Assembly: GCA_037189525.1 (NCBI GenBank)
Contig: JBBCJC010000001.1
Coordinates: 800,001-864,000, forward strand
Direction of reading: 5' to 3'
From: Gemmatimonadales bacterium
Lineage (GTDB): Bacteria; Gemmatimonadota; Gemmatimonadetes; Gemmatimonadales; GWC2-71-9
Length of the DNA stretch: 64,000 nt
The position numbers and the translations under genes are program-made. Under the pieces are notes generated by a model. It saw only the letters and a program-made list of their open reading frames with translations. It was not told where the DNA came from and searched no databases. Numbering within the stretch: position 1 is the first letter of the stretch; every line of letters starts with the position of its first letter. Of this stretch, positions 47,901 through 57,059 are shown in pieces.

Positions 47901-48393
47901 CGCCCGACACATCATATAGATGGAGCTTGGGCGTCCCGAAGTTCGTGGTCGACGAGGAGGCCACGATGTACTGCCCGCCGGGCAACCAGGCCGGCGAAAG
48001 GTGCCAGCCGTTGTTGCCGTAGGTCAGGCGCCGGATCCCGGACCCGTCGGCATTGGCGATATAGACGTTGTCGCCGCCGCTCCGATCGGAGACGAACACC
48101 AGCTTGGAGCCGTCGGGACTCCAGCGGGGCTGCGCGTCGTACGCGAGTCCGCTGGTCAGGCGCGTGGCTTTGCCGCCGGTGATCGGGATGGTGTACAGGT
48201 CACCGAGCAGATCGAAGACGATCCGACGGCCATCCGGACTCACATCGAGCGAAATCCAGGTCCCCTGTGTCGTAGTGAATCGGGCGACACGTGCCGACTT
48301 GAGCGGCAGACTGTCCGACCGATCCTGGGCCATTGCCGCGTGGCTTGACGCAAGACCGCCAAGCACGAGCAACGCCATGCGAAGACGTTTCAT
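44998..48393 (-). CDS. Secreted amidohydrolase with N-terminal PD40/TolB beta-propellers (paralog 1)
   Basis: WISLDVSPDG, PGFVDTHAH, GVTTTRDP, GSIEAGKLADLVVL. Confidence 0.9.
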   Translation of the reverse strand: MKRLRMALLVLGGLASSHAAMAQDRSDSLPLKSARVARFTTTQGTWISLDVSPDGRRIVFDLLGDLYTIPITGGKATRLTSGLAYDAQPRWSPDGSKLVFVSDRSGGDNVYIANADGSGIRRLTYGNNGWHLSPAWLPGGQYIVASSSTTNFGTPKLHLYDVSGGSGLQLTRAPGPLAYFGAAPSPDGRYIYYAARQGIWQYNAAMPQFQIGVYDRQAGTTTTLSSRLGSAIRPAVSPDGKWLTYGSRDGQQTGLRIRELATGVERWLAFPIQRDNIEAIPDHDALPGYAFTPDSRAVVLSYGGEIWRVPVDGTAPAKIPFSVDAEVAIGPQVAFEYPIEDTPTFTVRQIRNAVPSPDGRRVAFTALDRLYVADLPDGTPRRVTTSDVGEYYPAWSPDGSALAYVTWDGRDGALMRLDLAGGQPTRLNAESAYWQTPAFSPDGRRVVAVRAERRNLVEQVGPSVGDGLGAEFVWVPASGGEATVIRSTNGNLRLPHFTADTGRIYLYGFFPPPPGQPPVSFTAALSSMRWDGTDLRQHLQATGPLPVGFVSPGNGPEYQAPFAPRDEHSHVLPPNFADAREPTVVGPRADAILMAPRGDLALAAFGQDVYLIRVPQIGGVVPTVSVAKPDSAAVRILRLTDIGGEFPVWSADGRTVHWSIGNAFVSYDVQRGLAVDDSLIAAGADTTIRFQHQYRPVERRIRVSVDRDVPQGTVVLRGGRVVTMRGDEIIERGDVVVRNNRIVSVGPAGSAPADARVVDVSGKTIIPGFVDTHAHMWPAWGIHWQRNWQYDINLAYGVTTTRDPQTSTTDVLSYQDRVDAGLMNGPRVYSTGPGVFGAHRITSLQRARDVLKRYSEYWDTKTFKMYIAGNRQARQHLIMASQELKLMPTTEGGLQFGLNMTHAIDGYPGIEHTLPIYPIYDDVIQLFKASGTVNSPTLLVTYGGPWAENYFYTRENTMGDRKLRHFTPPEELDAKIRRRNPGPGPTGWAHESEYMFRKHAEFGKRLIEAGGCSGVGSHGQLQGLGYHWELWAVQSGGMKNHDALRIATICGARAIGLGRDLGSIEAGKLADLVVLDRNPLDDIRNSNSVRFVMKNGRLYEGDTMNEIWPRQQAAADEPWRRTAPAVTSGIR

Positions 48394-48632
48394 CCAAGCA
48401 ACTCCCTGATCCGAGTGTCGAGCGAATCGAAGACTCTGAGGAATCTACGAGCCCGGCGGCGTCCGTGTTCCAGGAACGCCGGCGAGGCGTGAAAGGTAAC
48501 TCCCGACCGACACCTGGAGGGTTTGCGGGCGCGACGGGTACCGTTCCTGTGCGGATCAGGCCAGATTTTGCGTCACCAACCTATGGTTGGCCATCGGGCC
48601 TACGCAGTTAGACCGGTACCCAAGGAGTCACC

Positions 48633-48953
48633 ATGGCGAGATCGACGCTCGGCAGTGCTGCTCGGAACGCGATCAAGAAGATCAAGAAGGCAGCTTCGAA
48701 GGTCGAGAAGAAGGTGCAGGGCGAGATTCGGAAGCGGAAGATCAAGCGGGGCCTCAAGACGGCGGCCAAGGGTGCGGCAGCCGTGGGCGCGGGCGCGCTA
48801 GCCGCCGTGGCGGCGACGAAGGGTGTCCGTACGCTGCGTGCACGCGCAGCCGCAAAGGCCAAGACCGTCAAGGCCAAGGCGGCGAGCGGGACCAAGCGTG
48901 CCAAGAAGGCCGTGAAGCGGACCGTGCGGAAGGCCAAGCGCGCCGCTCGCTAG
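48633..48953 (+). CDS. Highly basic Lys/Ala/Arg-rich small protein (histone H1-like composition)
   Basis: AAGGAG RBS; codon usage consistent with coding; only two acidic residues in 106 aa. Confidence 0.75.
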   Translation: MARSTLGSAARNAIKKIKKAASKVEKKVQGEIRKRKIKRGLKTAAKGAAAVGAGALAAVAATKGVRTLRARAAAKAKTVKAKAASGTKRAKKAVKRTVRKAKRAAR

Positions 48954-49052
48954 TTGAACGGGTTGGTTCCGAGCGCCCCTCCGGCCGGCACTCCGCAAGG
49001 TGCGCCGAGCCTGTGGGGCGTTCGCCGTCTTCGATTGCTCGAGGAGAATTCC

Positions 49053-50021
49053 ATGCGTTCCGCTCTGCTGGTTGCCGTGCTGGTCGCGGCCGGTGGCGCC
49101 CCGGTGTCGGTCAGCGCGCAGGTCACCGAGCCGCCCGTCGAAGCCATGTCGCTGCTCGGAAAGCCGCTGCGGCGGCCGGCGCTCTCGCCCAATGTCGAGG
49201 CCGTCTACGAAAAGAACCTCGCGTCCGCGCGAGCGGCCTGGGAGCGCACCCCGGAAAACGCCGACTCGATTATCTGGCTCGGCAGGCGCCTGGGCTATCT
49301 GGGCCGCCACGCCGAAGCGATCGAAGTGTTTTCGCGGGGCATCGCGCTGCACCCGAAAGATGCGCGGCTCTATCGCCACCGGGGCCATCGCTTCATCACC
49401 ATCCGGCGGTTCGATGCAGCCATCCAGGACCTCAATCAGGCCTACGCGCTGGTACGCGGGCGACCGGATGAGGTCGAACCGGACGGAATTCCGAACCCGC
49501 GTGGCATCCCGATCAGCACGCTCAACACCAACATCCGTTACCACCTCGGCCTGGCGCACTACCTCAAGGGCGACTTTGCCAAAGCGCTGCCGTTCTATCA
49601 GGAGGACGTGGCCGCGGCCGTCAATCCCGACATGGTGGTGGCCACCAGCCACTGGCTCTACATGACGCTGCGCCGGCTTGGCAGGCCGGCCGAGGCCGCC
49701 AAAGTGCTCGAGCCGATTGGGGCGGACATGGACATCATCGAGAACGGGGCGTATCATCGCCTGTTGCTCCTGTACAAGGGCCAGCTGCCCGTCGACTCGC
49801 TGCAGGGCCCATCCGGCACGCGCGATGCGGTCCAGGATGCCGGCATTGGATACGGCATCGGCAACTGGCATCTCTATAACGGACGTCGGGCCGAAGCGCG
49901 CCGAGTCTTCGAACAGGTCCTCGCGACGCCGCAGTGGGGCGCCTTCGGATACATCGCAGCAGAAGCGGAGCTGGCCCGCGCCAGTGGCCGACGCGGGAGC
50001 GCCAACGATCGCGGCAACTAA
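49053..50021 (+). CDS. Exported TPR-repeat protein
   Basis: GAGGAG RBS, signal peptide, TPR helices (IWLGRRLGYLGR, YRHRGHRFI, YHLGLAHYLKGDF). Confidence 0.85.
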   Translation: MRSALLVAVLVAAGGAPVSVSAQVTEPPVEAMSLLGKPLRRPALSPNVEAVYEKNLASARAAWERTPENADSIIWLGRRLGYLGRHAEAIEVFSRGIALHPKDARLYRHRGHRFITIRRFDAAIQDLNQAYALVRGRPDEVEPDGIPNPRGIPISTLNTNIRYHLGLAHYLKGDFAKALPFYQEDVAAAVNPDMVVATSHWLYMTLRRLGRPAEAAKVLEPIGADMDIIENGAYHRLLLLYKGQLPVDSLQGPSGTRDAVQDAGIGYGIGNWHLYNGRRAEARRVFEQVLATPQWGAFGYIAAEAELARASGRRGSANDRGN

Positions 50022-50068
50022 CCCGTCGTCGAGTCCGCCCAGGTAGCGGCTCGTGCACTGGAGGCTCG

Positions 50069-51265
50069 ATGCAGTCCTCCCGTCCTGGTCCGCAGGCGGC
50101 CGCGCTTGCGGCAACATTCTGGATCGTCGGTTGTGGGTCGCGACCCGACAGCCGCACGGTCGTGATCGACACCTTGCCGTCGGGAGTCGTCCAGGTCGTC
50201 AACAGCGAACCCGGCCAACGGGCGGAGTGGACTCTGTCAGCTCCGACACGGTTTGGCGATGGCGACGGCACTCCGGGTGAATTGATCCAGCCGAGCATCG
50301 TTCGGACCGATGCATGGGGACGGGTCTACATCGTCGACCGGCAGCCGACGACGCTCAAAGTGTTCGACAGCCAAGGAAACTTCCTCCGAACCATCGGACG
50401 GGCCGGCGGCGGCCCCGGCGAGTATCAGGTGGTATTTCCCGCGATTGCCGGCGGACGGCTGATCGTGCATGACCCGCAGCAGCAGCGCACTTCGGTTTTC
50501 GATACCAGTGGCGCCTATCTCAGCAGCTGGCCCTCGGCCTGTTGCCACTGGAGTCACATTGCCGTCGACAGCGCCGGGCGGATCTACGTACCGCTCAATG
50601 TGCTCCCCGCCACGCCGGATGCCCCGGCGGATGTCGCCTTTACCCGCTTCCGGTTCGACGGAACCCTGGTCGACACTGTGCGCTTGCCGGGTATGCCGCT
50701 GGCACGGTGGGAATTTCGCTGGTCGCGCGGCGGACGAAGCGGAATGACGGCGGGGACGGTACCGTTCGCTGCGCGCCAGTACCACGCGGTGCATCCCGAG
50801 GGCGGCTTCGTGATCGGTTGGAGCAGTAACGGACGGCTGGCGCGCACCCGCTCGGGCTCCGACACCATATGGGTCAGTGAGTGGCCCGTGGCGACGCGGC
50901 CGCTGCCCGACTCATTGCGGCAAGCGGAGACCAACCAGTTCCTTACGACGATGACGCAGCTGGTGGGTGAAGCCCAGGCTCGATCGGTCATTTCGATCAA
51001 CGACGTGCCCACGATCGCTCCGCTCTTCACCGCCATTACCGTCGACCCGCTCGGCTATATCTGGACCCGGCGACCGCCGCTTCCGGGAGACAGCACGACC
51101 GTGTTCGACACGTTCGACGCCGATGGCATCTGGCTCGGGAGCGTCACGGTGCCGGTTGTGATGATGAGTGAGGCGTCGGTCCATGTCAGCCGGGATGCCA
51201 TTTTCGCGATCGTGGAAGACGAAGATGGGCGTCCGACAATCCTTCGGTACTCCATTACCAGATGA
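50069..51265 (+). CDS. 6-bladed beta-propeller lipoprotein
   Basis: Lipobox IVGC; FDSQGNFLRTIGRAGGGPGEY; DTFDADGIWLGSV. Confidence 0.82.
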   Translation: MQSSRPGPQAAALAATFWIVGCGSRPDSRTVVIDTLPSGVVQVVNSEPGQRAEWTLSAPTRFGDGDGTPGELIQPSIVRTDAWGRVYIVDRQPTTLKVFDSQGNFLRTIGRAGGGPGEYQVVFPAIAGGRLIVHDPQQQRTSVFDTSGAYLSSWPSACCHWSHIAVDSAGRIYVPLNVLPATPDAPADVAFTRFRFDGTLVDTVRLPGMPLARWEFRWSRGGRSGMTAGTVPFAARQYHAVHPEGGFVIGWSSNGRLARTRSGSDTIWVSEWPVATRPLPDSLRQAETNQFLTTMTQLVGEAQARSVISINDVPTIAPLFTAITVDPLGYIWTRRPPLPGDSTTVFDTFDADGIWLGSVTVPVVMMSEASVHVSRDAIFAIVEDEDGRPTILRYSITR

Positions 51266-51283
51266 CTCGAGGCTCGTCAGACA

Positions 51284-51931
51284 ATGGATAGGGACTTCTG
51301 GCACCAGAAATGGGCCGACAACGACATCGGCTTTCATGAAGGACAACCGAACGCCCTGCTCGTGCGGCAGCTTCATCGCTTGGCGCTGGCACCCGGCGCG
51401 CGGCTGTTCGTGCCGCTGTGCGGTAAGTCGCAGGACATTCCCTGGCTCGTCGGCCAGGGCTTCCGGGTCATCGGCGCAGAACTGAGTCCGGTTGCCGTCG
51501 AACAGTTTTTCGCCGGACTGGGCGTCCAACCCGAGATTACGTTGGCGGGGCAGTTGGTGCGCTAACGAGCCGACGCCATCGACATTTTCTGTGGTGACAT
51601 CTTCGAACTGACATCGGCAAGATTGGGCTTGGTCGACGCCATCTACGATCGGGCGGCACTCGTCGCTCTGCCGCCGGAGATGCGCGGGCGGTATGCGAAG
51701 CGCCTGGTTGCCATTGCGGGCATCGTTCCGCAGCTGGTGATCAGTTTCGACTATGAGCAGTCCGCCATGAACGGACCACCATTCGCGGTGTCCGGGCGCG
51801 AGATCGGCGAACTGTATCGCGAGACTCATCGGCCATACTTACTCGAACAGCGGGAGGTTGCCGGCGGCCTCAAGGGTCAATGCCCGGCGAGCGAGCAGGC
51901 CTGGCTGCTCGAGCCGTTGGCTTCGCGATGA
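51284..51931 (+). pseudogene. tpm: Thiopurine S-methyltransferase interrupted by an in-frame TAA (51563-51565)
   Basis: FWHQKW...IGFH, FVPLCGKSQD, then stop, then in-frame IDIFCGDIF, YDRAALVALP, GPPFAV. Confidence 0.85.
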
Positions 51932-53079
51932 GTGTGCCATTCCGGCGCTTCTGGCACGGCGCTGCCCTGGCAGTTGTCCCACTCGTCCTGACGGTAGCGG
52001 GTTGCGGAGATTCGGAGTACCGACTCGACCCCGATACCCGTGGACCGACGATAACGCTGATCGACTCGACGGCGCTGCTCATTCCGACGGACTTTGGGGT
52101 CGATCCCGAACTAGTCCCATCACGGATCGGACAGGGATATCTCATCACCGATCGATTCCAGTTCCGGACCTATCGTTTCGACAGCACAGGCAAAGCAATC
52201 GGGACATTCCCGGTTCGCCCCTCCCCCGACCCGGGAGTTGAGGCTTCACCCGCCATTGTCCTGGCGGGCGATTCACTGATCGCAGTCCACGATTGGCGCG
52301 ACGAAGTCCTGCGAGTCTTCCATCTGGAATCCGGTGCGCGCCGTTACCAGGTGCGCGCACCATTTCGAATGGGGCACGCGGGCTGGGCCGCGAACGGGAG
52401 CGAGATCCTGATCGGTACCGGGTTTATCGGAACATCGATTGCCCGCTGGCCGGGAACGCAAGAGGATCCTGTGCTGGTGGGATCAATGCCTCGACGCCTG
52501 CTCGAATCACCACGTGTATACTTCCGATACGGAGGTACCGGCATTACGACCATCGATTCATCGCTCGTTCTCGCATTGCCGACCGAACCAGGAATCAGAA
52601 TTCTGATGTTGGACGGTGCTCTGGTTGATGGGATCGTCGTTCCCGCGGTTCGTCGCAAGGGAACGCCGGCTGGACTGCTCGAGCGTGAGAAACCGATCAA
52701 ACAGGAACGACGGTTTCATACTACCGGGTCGACCATCGGGGGCCTGCACCGCCGCGCTGACGGCGGTCTGCTGATTCACTATCTCGACTGGGATCAAGTC
52801 GGCCATGATTCGCTGGCAGTCCGTCCCGTGGGTCCACTTTGGGGCAACTATCATTCCTACTTGACGCTGCTCTCCCCAGACAGAACGCAGCTGTGTATCG
52901 ATGGCCACATCCCGGCACCCAGCGACCATCGCCATAGCATGATGACGCGTGGTGATACTTTGGAGTTGTTCGCCCGGCGCGACACCATACCGGGCCATGT
53001 CCGAGTCACCATTTACCGGTACCTCGTGTCGACCGAGGGATGCGACTGGGTCGACGCGCCGCGCTGGCAACCTGATTGA
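51928..53079 (+). CDS. Beta-propeller-like lipoprotein, paralog A
   Basis: Lipobox VAGC; highly similar to 53153-54304; ATGA overlap with tpm. Confidence 0.8.
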   Translation: MSVPFRRFWHGAALAVVPLVLTVAGCGDSEYRLDPDTRGPTITLIDSTALLIPTDFGVDPELVPSRIGQGYLITDRFQFRTYRFDSTGKAIGTFPVRPSPDPGVEASPAIVLAGDSLIAVHDWRDEVLRVFHLESGARRYQVRAPFRMGHAGWAANGSEILIGTGFIGTSIARWPGTQEDPVLVGSMPRRLLESPRVYFRYGGTGITTIDSSLVLALPTEPGIRILMLDGALVDGIVVPAVRRKGTPAGLLEREKPIKQERRFHTTGSTIGGLHRRADGGLLIHYLDWDQVGHDSLAVRPVGPLWGNYHSYLTLLSPDRTQLCIDGHIPAPSDHRHSMMTRGDTLELFARRDTIPGHVRVTIYRYLVSTEGCDWVDAPRWQPD

Positions 53080-53152
53080 GATCAGCAGGAATGTCTGTTT
53101 CTGTTCCGACAAATGTTGACGGCGACCGAGCCGGCCCGTCTCTGACTTCGAG

Positions 53153-54304
53153 ATGAACATGTTGTCCCGGCACCTCCGTCACAGCACCGTTCTGGCCGTC
53201 ATCACATTCATTCCGGTTGTGATGGGCTGCGGAGGTTCGGATTACCGACTGGACCCGAACACTAACGGTCCGACGATAACGCTGATCGACTCGACGGCGC
53301 TGCTCATCCCGATGGATTTCGAGATCGGCCCTGAGCTACTCCCGTCACGGGTCGGAGAGAAGTATCTCCTCACCGATCGATTCCAGTTCCGGACCCACCG
53401 TTTCGACAGTTCAGGCAAGGCAATCGGGACGTTCCTGGTTCGTCCTTCTCCCAAACCGGCGAATACAGCCTCTCCTGCCATTGCCCTGCCGGGCGATTCA
53501 CTAGTCGCCGTCCACGACCGGCATGACGAAGTTCTGCGAGTCTTCCACATCGAATCCGGTGCGCTCCGTTACCAGGTGCGTGCACCGTTTCAAACAGGAA
53601 GGGCAGGATGGACCGCGAACGGAAGCGAGATCCTGATCGGCACAGAGTTTATCGAGACATCGATTGCCCGCTGGTCAGGAACACGAGAGGATCCTGTACT
53701 GGTAGGATCGATGCCTCAGCGCCTGCTCGAAGCACGGCCCGTGTATCGCAGCTATGGAGGTACCGGTATTGCAGCAACCGATTCGTCCGTCATCCTGGCA
53801 CTGCCGACCGAACGGGGGATTCGGATTCTGACATTGGACGGCGCCCTGGTCGAAGGCATCGTCATTCCCGCAATTCGTCGCAAAGGCTCGCCGGCTGGAC
53901 TACTCGAACAGGAAAGAAAACAGCGGACCGAACGGTTTTTCCATACGATGGGATCGACCACCGGGAGCTTGCATCGCCGCACCGACGGAGGACTGCTGAT
54001 TCACTACCTCGACTGGGATCAAATCGGTCACGATTCGCTGAGAGTCCATGCGGTTGGCCAGCTTCTGGGCAACTACCATTCCTACTTGACCCTGCTATCC
54101 CCCGACCGAACCCGGCTTTGCATCGATGGCCATATCCCGGCACCCAGCGACTATCGCCATAGCATGATGACGCGCGGTGATACCTTGGAGTTGCTCACCC
54201 GGCGAGATACGGTGCCGGGCCACACCCGAGTCACCATATACCGGTATCTCGTCTCCACCGAAGGATGCGACTGGGTCGACGCGCCGCGCTGGCAACCCGA
54301 CTAG
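53153..54304 (+). CDS. Beta-propeller-like lipoprotein, paralog B
   Basis: Lipobox VMGC; shares long identical blocks with paralog A (GPTITLIDSTALLIP; VTIYRYLVSTEGCDWVDAPRWQPD). Confidence 0.8.
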   Translation: MNMLSRHLRHSTVLAVITFIPVVMGCGGSDYRLDPNTNGPTITLIDSTALLIPMDFEIGPELLPSRVGEKYLLTDRFQFRTHRFDSSGKAIGTFLVRPSPKPANTASPAIALPGDSLVAVHDRHDEVLRVFHIESGALRYQVRAPFQTGRAGWTANGSEILIGTEFIETSIARWSGTREDPVLVGSMPQRLLEARPVYRSYGGTGIAATDSSVILALPTERGIRILTLDGALVEGIVIPAIRRKGSPAGLLEQERKQRTERFFHTMGSTTGSLHRRTDGGLLIHYLDWDQIGHDSLRVHAVGQLLGNYHSYLTLLSPDRTRLCIDGHIPAPSDYRHSMMTRGDTLELLTRRDTVPGHTRVTIYRYLVSTEGCDWVDAPRWQPD

Positions 54305-54422
54305 GGCGCCGAATAGCATTGCCCCTTTACGACTGCTTGCCTGACGGGTAACGTCCGGAAACGCGCACATCCAGCCCTACCCGAGATCGTGCGCAGCGTC
54401 CCGATATGCAACCGAGGACCGG

Positions 54423-55526
54423 ATGACCTCTACCATCGCTGCTCGCGCGCTCACTGTGCTGGGTATGGCCCTCGTCACGGCCTGCTCCGCCGCGGACTCC
54501 GGCTCGGGAGATCAATCTCCCCTGGTCCTGATTGATTCGACCAATATTGCCGAGACGGACTCAACGATGCTCGGGTCCTACGCCTACCTGAGCTCCGGAC
54601 CCGATGGCAGCATTCTGATTGCCGACCCCGATGCAGGTCGCCTGCTTCACTACGCCAAGTCCGGAGCGTTTCTCCGCACCTTCGGCCGCAAGGGCGCGGG
54701 CCCGGGAGAAATGCAAAGTGCCATGACGGCGTTCCCTTTGCCGGGCGACTCGCTTCTGGCAGCTCTCGATGTCCGTCAGAGCGCCTTTTCGATCTTTGAC
54801 CTCGCCACCGGCGCCTTCCGGCGACGGGTTCGCGCACCGGTTCAAGCGGTCGGAACCAACTGGATCCGGCGTGGTGACACCGTGATCGTCGCCGTCAATG
54901 TCGCACCGGCGATCTTCGCAAAATGGGACACCAGAAGCGATAACATTGCCACGTTTGGAAGACCTCCCGCCGCGGCATCGACCCATCCCCATCTGTACAT
55001 GCTCTACGGCTTCCAGAACGTCGCCCTGCTCGGCGATCGTCTCGTTGCGCAGCTACCGATGGTTCCGGGGATCGTGTTTCTCGATGCCGACGGGACGATG
55101 ACCAGCGGATTGACCTATCCGCCCAAGGGAAGCCGAGGTGTTCCGGCCGACCTCGTCGCCCGACATGGGCCCGTTCCCGATCCGACGGCGCCGATGCTGG
55201 GGTCGTCGGCCATCGGCTTGCACGTGCTGCCATCCGGACACGTCGCTACGCTGACGCTGGAATACGACCGTCCCGATAAGCCGGAGACGATCCGCTTCTT
55301 CCTGACGCTCGTCGATGTCGATCGGAAGCAGGCTTGTGTCGACATCCCGCTGCCGGTGGCCACCGATGCCATGCTGCCGCTCCCGATCTTCCAGAACGGC
55401 CAGGTTCTCTTCCTCGCCCGGCACCTGGATGCAGGCACCAACCTCCGGTCCGTCCTCTATCGCTACCGGATCGACCCGAGCGCCTGTTCGTGGACCGCCG
55501 CAACCGAAACGGCCGCCCCCAGCTGA
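54423..55526 (+). CDS. 6-bladed beta-propeller lipoprotein, divergent paralog C
   Basis: Lipobox VTAC; FLRTFGRKGAGPGEM; shares LIDST, PGDSLLA, CVD...YRY...CSW with paralogs A and B. Confidence 0.8.
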   Translation: MTSTIAARALTVLGMALVTACSAADSGSGDQSPLVLIDSTNIAETDSTMLGSYAYLSSGPDGSILIADPDAGRLLHYAKSGAFLRTFGRKGAGPGEMQSAMTAFPLPGDSLLAALDVRQSAFSIFDLATGAFRRRVRAPVQAVGTNWIRRGDTVIVAVNVAPAIFAKWDTRSDNIATFGRPPAAASTHPHLYMLYGFQNVALLGDRLVAQLPMVPGIVFLDADGTMTSGLTYPPKGSRGVPADLVARHGPVPDPTAPMLGSSAIGLHVLPSGHVATLTLEYDRPDKPETIRFFLTLVDVDRKQACVDIPLPVATDAMLPLPIFQNGQVLFLARHLDAGTNLRSVLYRYRIDPSACSWTAATETAAPS

Positions 55527-55754
55527 GGATCCGAACACAGGCCAGCCGTCGCGTGGCACTGCCGCCCCTTGGAACCCACGGCAAAGACCGTGGGTCACAT
55601 CGGACTGTCATCACCCCGTAATGTTGATGTCATGCAGGGGCCACCTGCATTTCCAAGATTAGAGAGATACCCCTGCGTCCCTTTTCAGGGTTGGGGCATC
55701 CTAGGCACACCGCTCCCGTTTGGCGCACCTAACCGACCCGTGGCCCAAGGCTCC

Positions 55755-57059
55755 ATGGCTCTACGATCTATTACCCTTGCCGTCATACTTGGCATCGCGA
55801 TCCCGCACCCGGGGCACGCGCAAGATCGACGAATGACCTTACGGGAAGCCCTGGAGCGCGCCGAGCGGGTCGACCCCCAGGTCGTTCAGGCACTCGGCGC
55901 GTATCGCAATACCTCGGCTGCCGTGCGAACCGCCTACGGCCAGTTCCTTCCGGACCTCCGTGCCACCGCGACCTGGGGCACCAGCTTTTCCGATGGTCCG
56001 TCGCGGCTCGATCCGACCACCAACGAAGTGCTGCCCGGGGGCACCACCAACTCGAGTCTCAACCTCGGCGCCAGCGCGACCTATGACCTGTTCACCGGGT
56101 TCCGCCGCGGCCGGGATCTCACCGCCGCCAAGGCGTCCCGCGCCCAGGCCGATGCCACCGTCGACTATCAGCGCGCCCAGAACCGGCTCCGCACCACGAG
56201 GGCATTCATCGACGCAGCCCAGACGGCACAGCTCGTGGCGGTACGACGCGAAGCGATTCGGCGCGCCGAGGAACAGTTCCAGATCGCGATTGCCCGGCTG
56301 GCGACCCGGGCCGCCAACGTCGCCGACTCCCTGACAGCTACCGTCACCCTGAACGAAGCCCGCCTGCGACTCGCCTCCGAAGAACGACAGCTTGCCGCGA
56401 CCGAGGCGAGTCTGGGCCGGCTGATCGGCGAGGACGGCCGGGTGGTCGCGGTGACCGACTCGACCCTGTTCGGCGTCGCCGATGTGGCCGACACCAATGC
56501 CTTGCGCGCCGAGGCAATCAGGCAAGCTCCGCATGTGGTGCGCACCGAGGCGGCGGAGGACGCGGCCGCCGCCAACCTGAGCGCGGCCAAGTCACTCTAT
56601 TTTCCGAGTCTCAACCTGACGGCCAACACCTCGTTTGCCGGCAGCCGGTTCAACGATTATCAGCTCTACAACAGTCGCTCGCTGGGGCTCGGCCTGAGCT
56701 ACCCGCTGTTCAACCGCTTCCAGCGCGAGCAGCAGATTGCCGGCCGGCGGAGCGACTACGAATCGGCTGCTGCGCAGGCAGCCGACGCTCGCCGGGAGGT
56801 GGGCGCAACCCTCACGACCCAGCTTGCGGCCCTTCGCGCGGCGGAGGTTCGGGTCACCACGGCGTTTGCCAACCTCGACGCGGCGCGCGCGCTGGTTCGG
56901 GTCCAGTTGGAGCGCTACCGGATCGGGTCGCTGACCATCGATGTGCTGAGTCGGGCGCAGGAGCAACTCGACGCGGCCGAAGCCGAAGCGGTGCGGGCGC
57001 GGTTCGAGTATGTACTTGCCAAAGCCGAGATCGAAGCCCTGATCGGGAGGACGTTGTGA
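55755..57059 (+). CDS. TolC family outer membrane efflux protein
   Basis: Signal peptide, MTLREAL, FLPDL, YDLFTGF, YFPSLNL, LSYPLFNRF, ERYRIG. Confidence 0.9.
   Translation: MALRSITLAVILGIAIPHPGHAQDRRMTLREALERAERVDPQVVQALGAYRNTSAAVRTAYGQFLPDLRATATWGTSFSDGPSRLDPTTNEVLPGGTTNSSLNLGASATYDLFTGFRRGRDLTAAKASRAQADATVDYQRAQNRLRTTRAFIDAAQTAQLVAVRREAIRRAEEQFQIAIARLATRAANVADSLTATVTLNEARLRLASEERQLAATEASLGRLIGEDGRVVAVTDSTLFGVADVADTNALRAEAIRQAPHVVRTEAAEDAAAANLSAAKSLYFPSLNLTANTSFAGSRFNDYQLYNSRSLGLGLSYPLFNRFQREQQIAGRRSDYESAAAQAADARREVGATLTTQLAALRAAEVRVTTAFANLDAARALVRVQLERYRIGSLTIDVLSRAQEQLDAAEAEAVRARFEYVLAKAEIEALIGRTL

Noticed and set aside
41735..47919. Very long plus-strand ORFs (41735-44248, 837 aa; 45271-47919, 882 aa)
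   Set aside because: They are antisense shadows of the two amidohydrolase genes, expected in high-GC DNA, and have no recognisable motifs.
51563..51565. Programmed stop-codon recoding in tpm
   Set aside because: The codon is TAA; selenocysteine and pyrrolysine use TGA and TAG.
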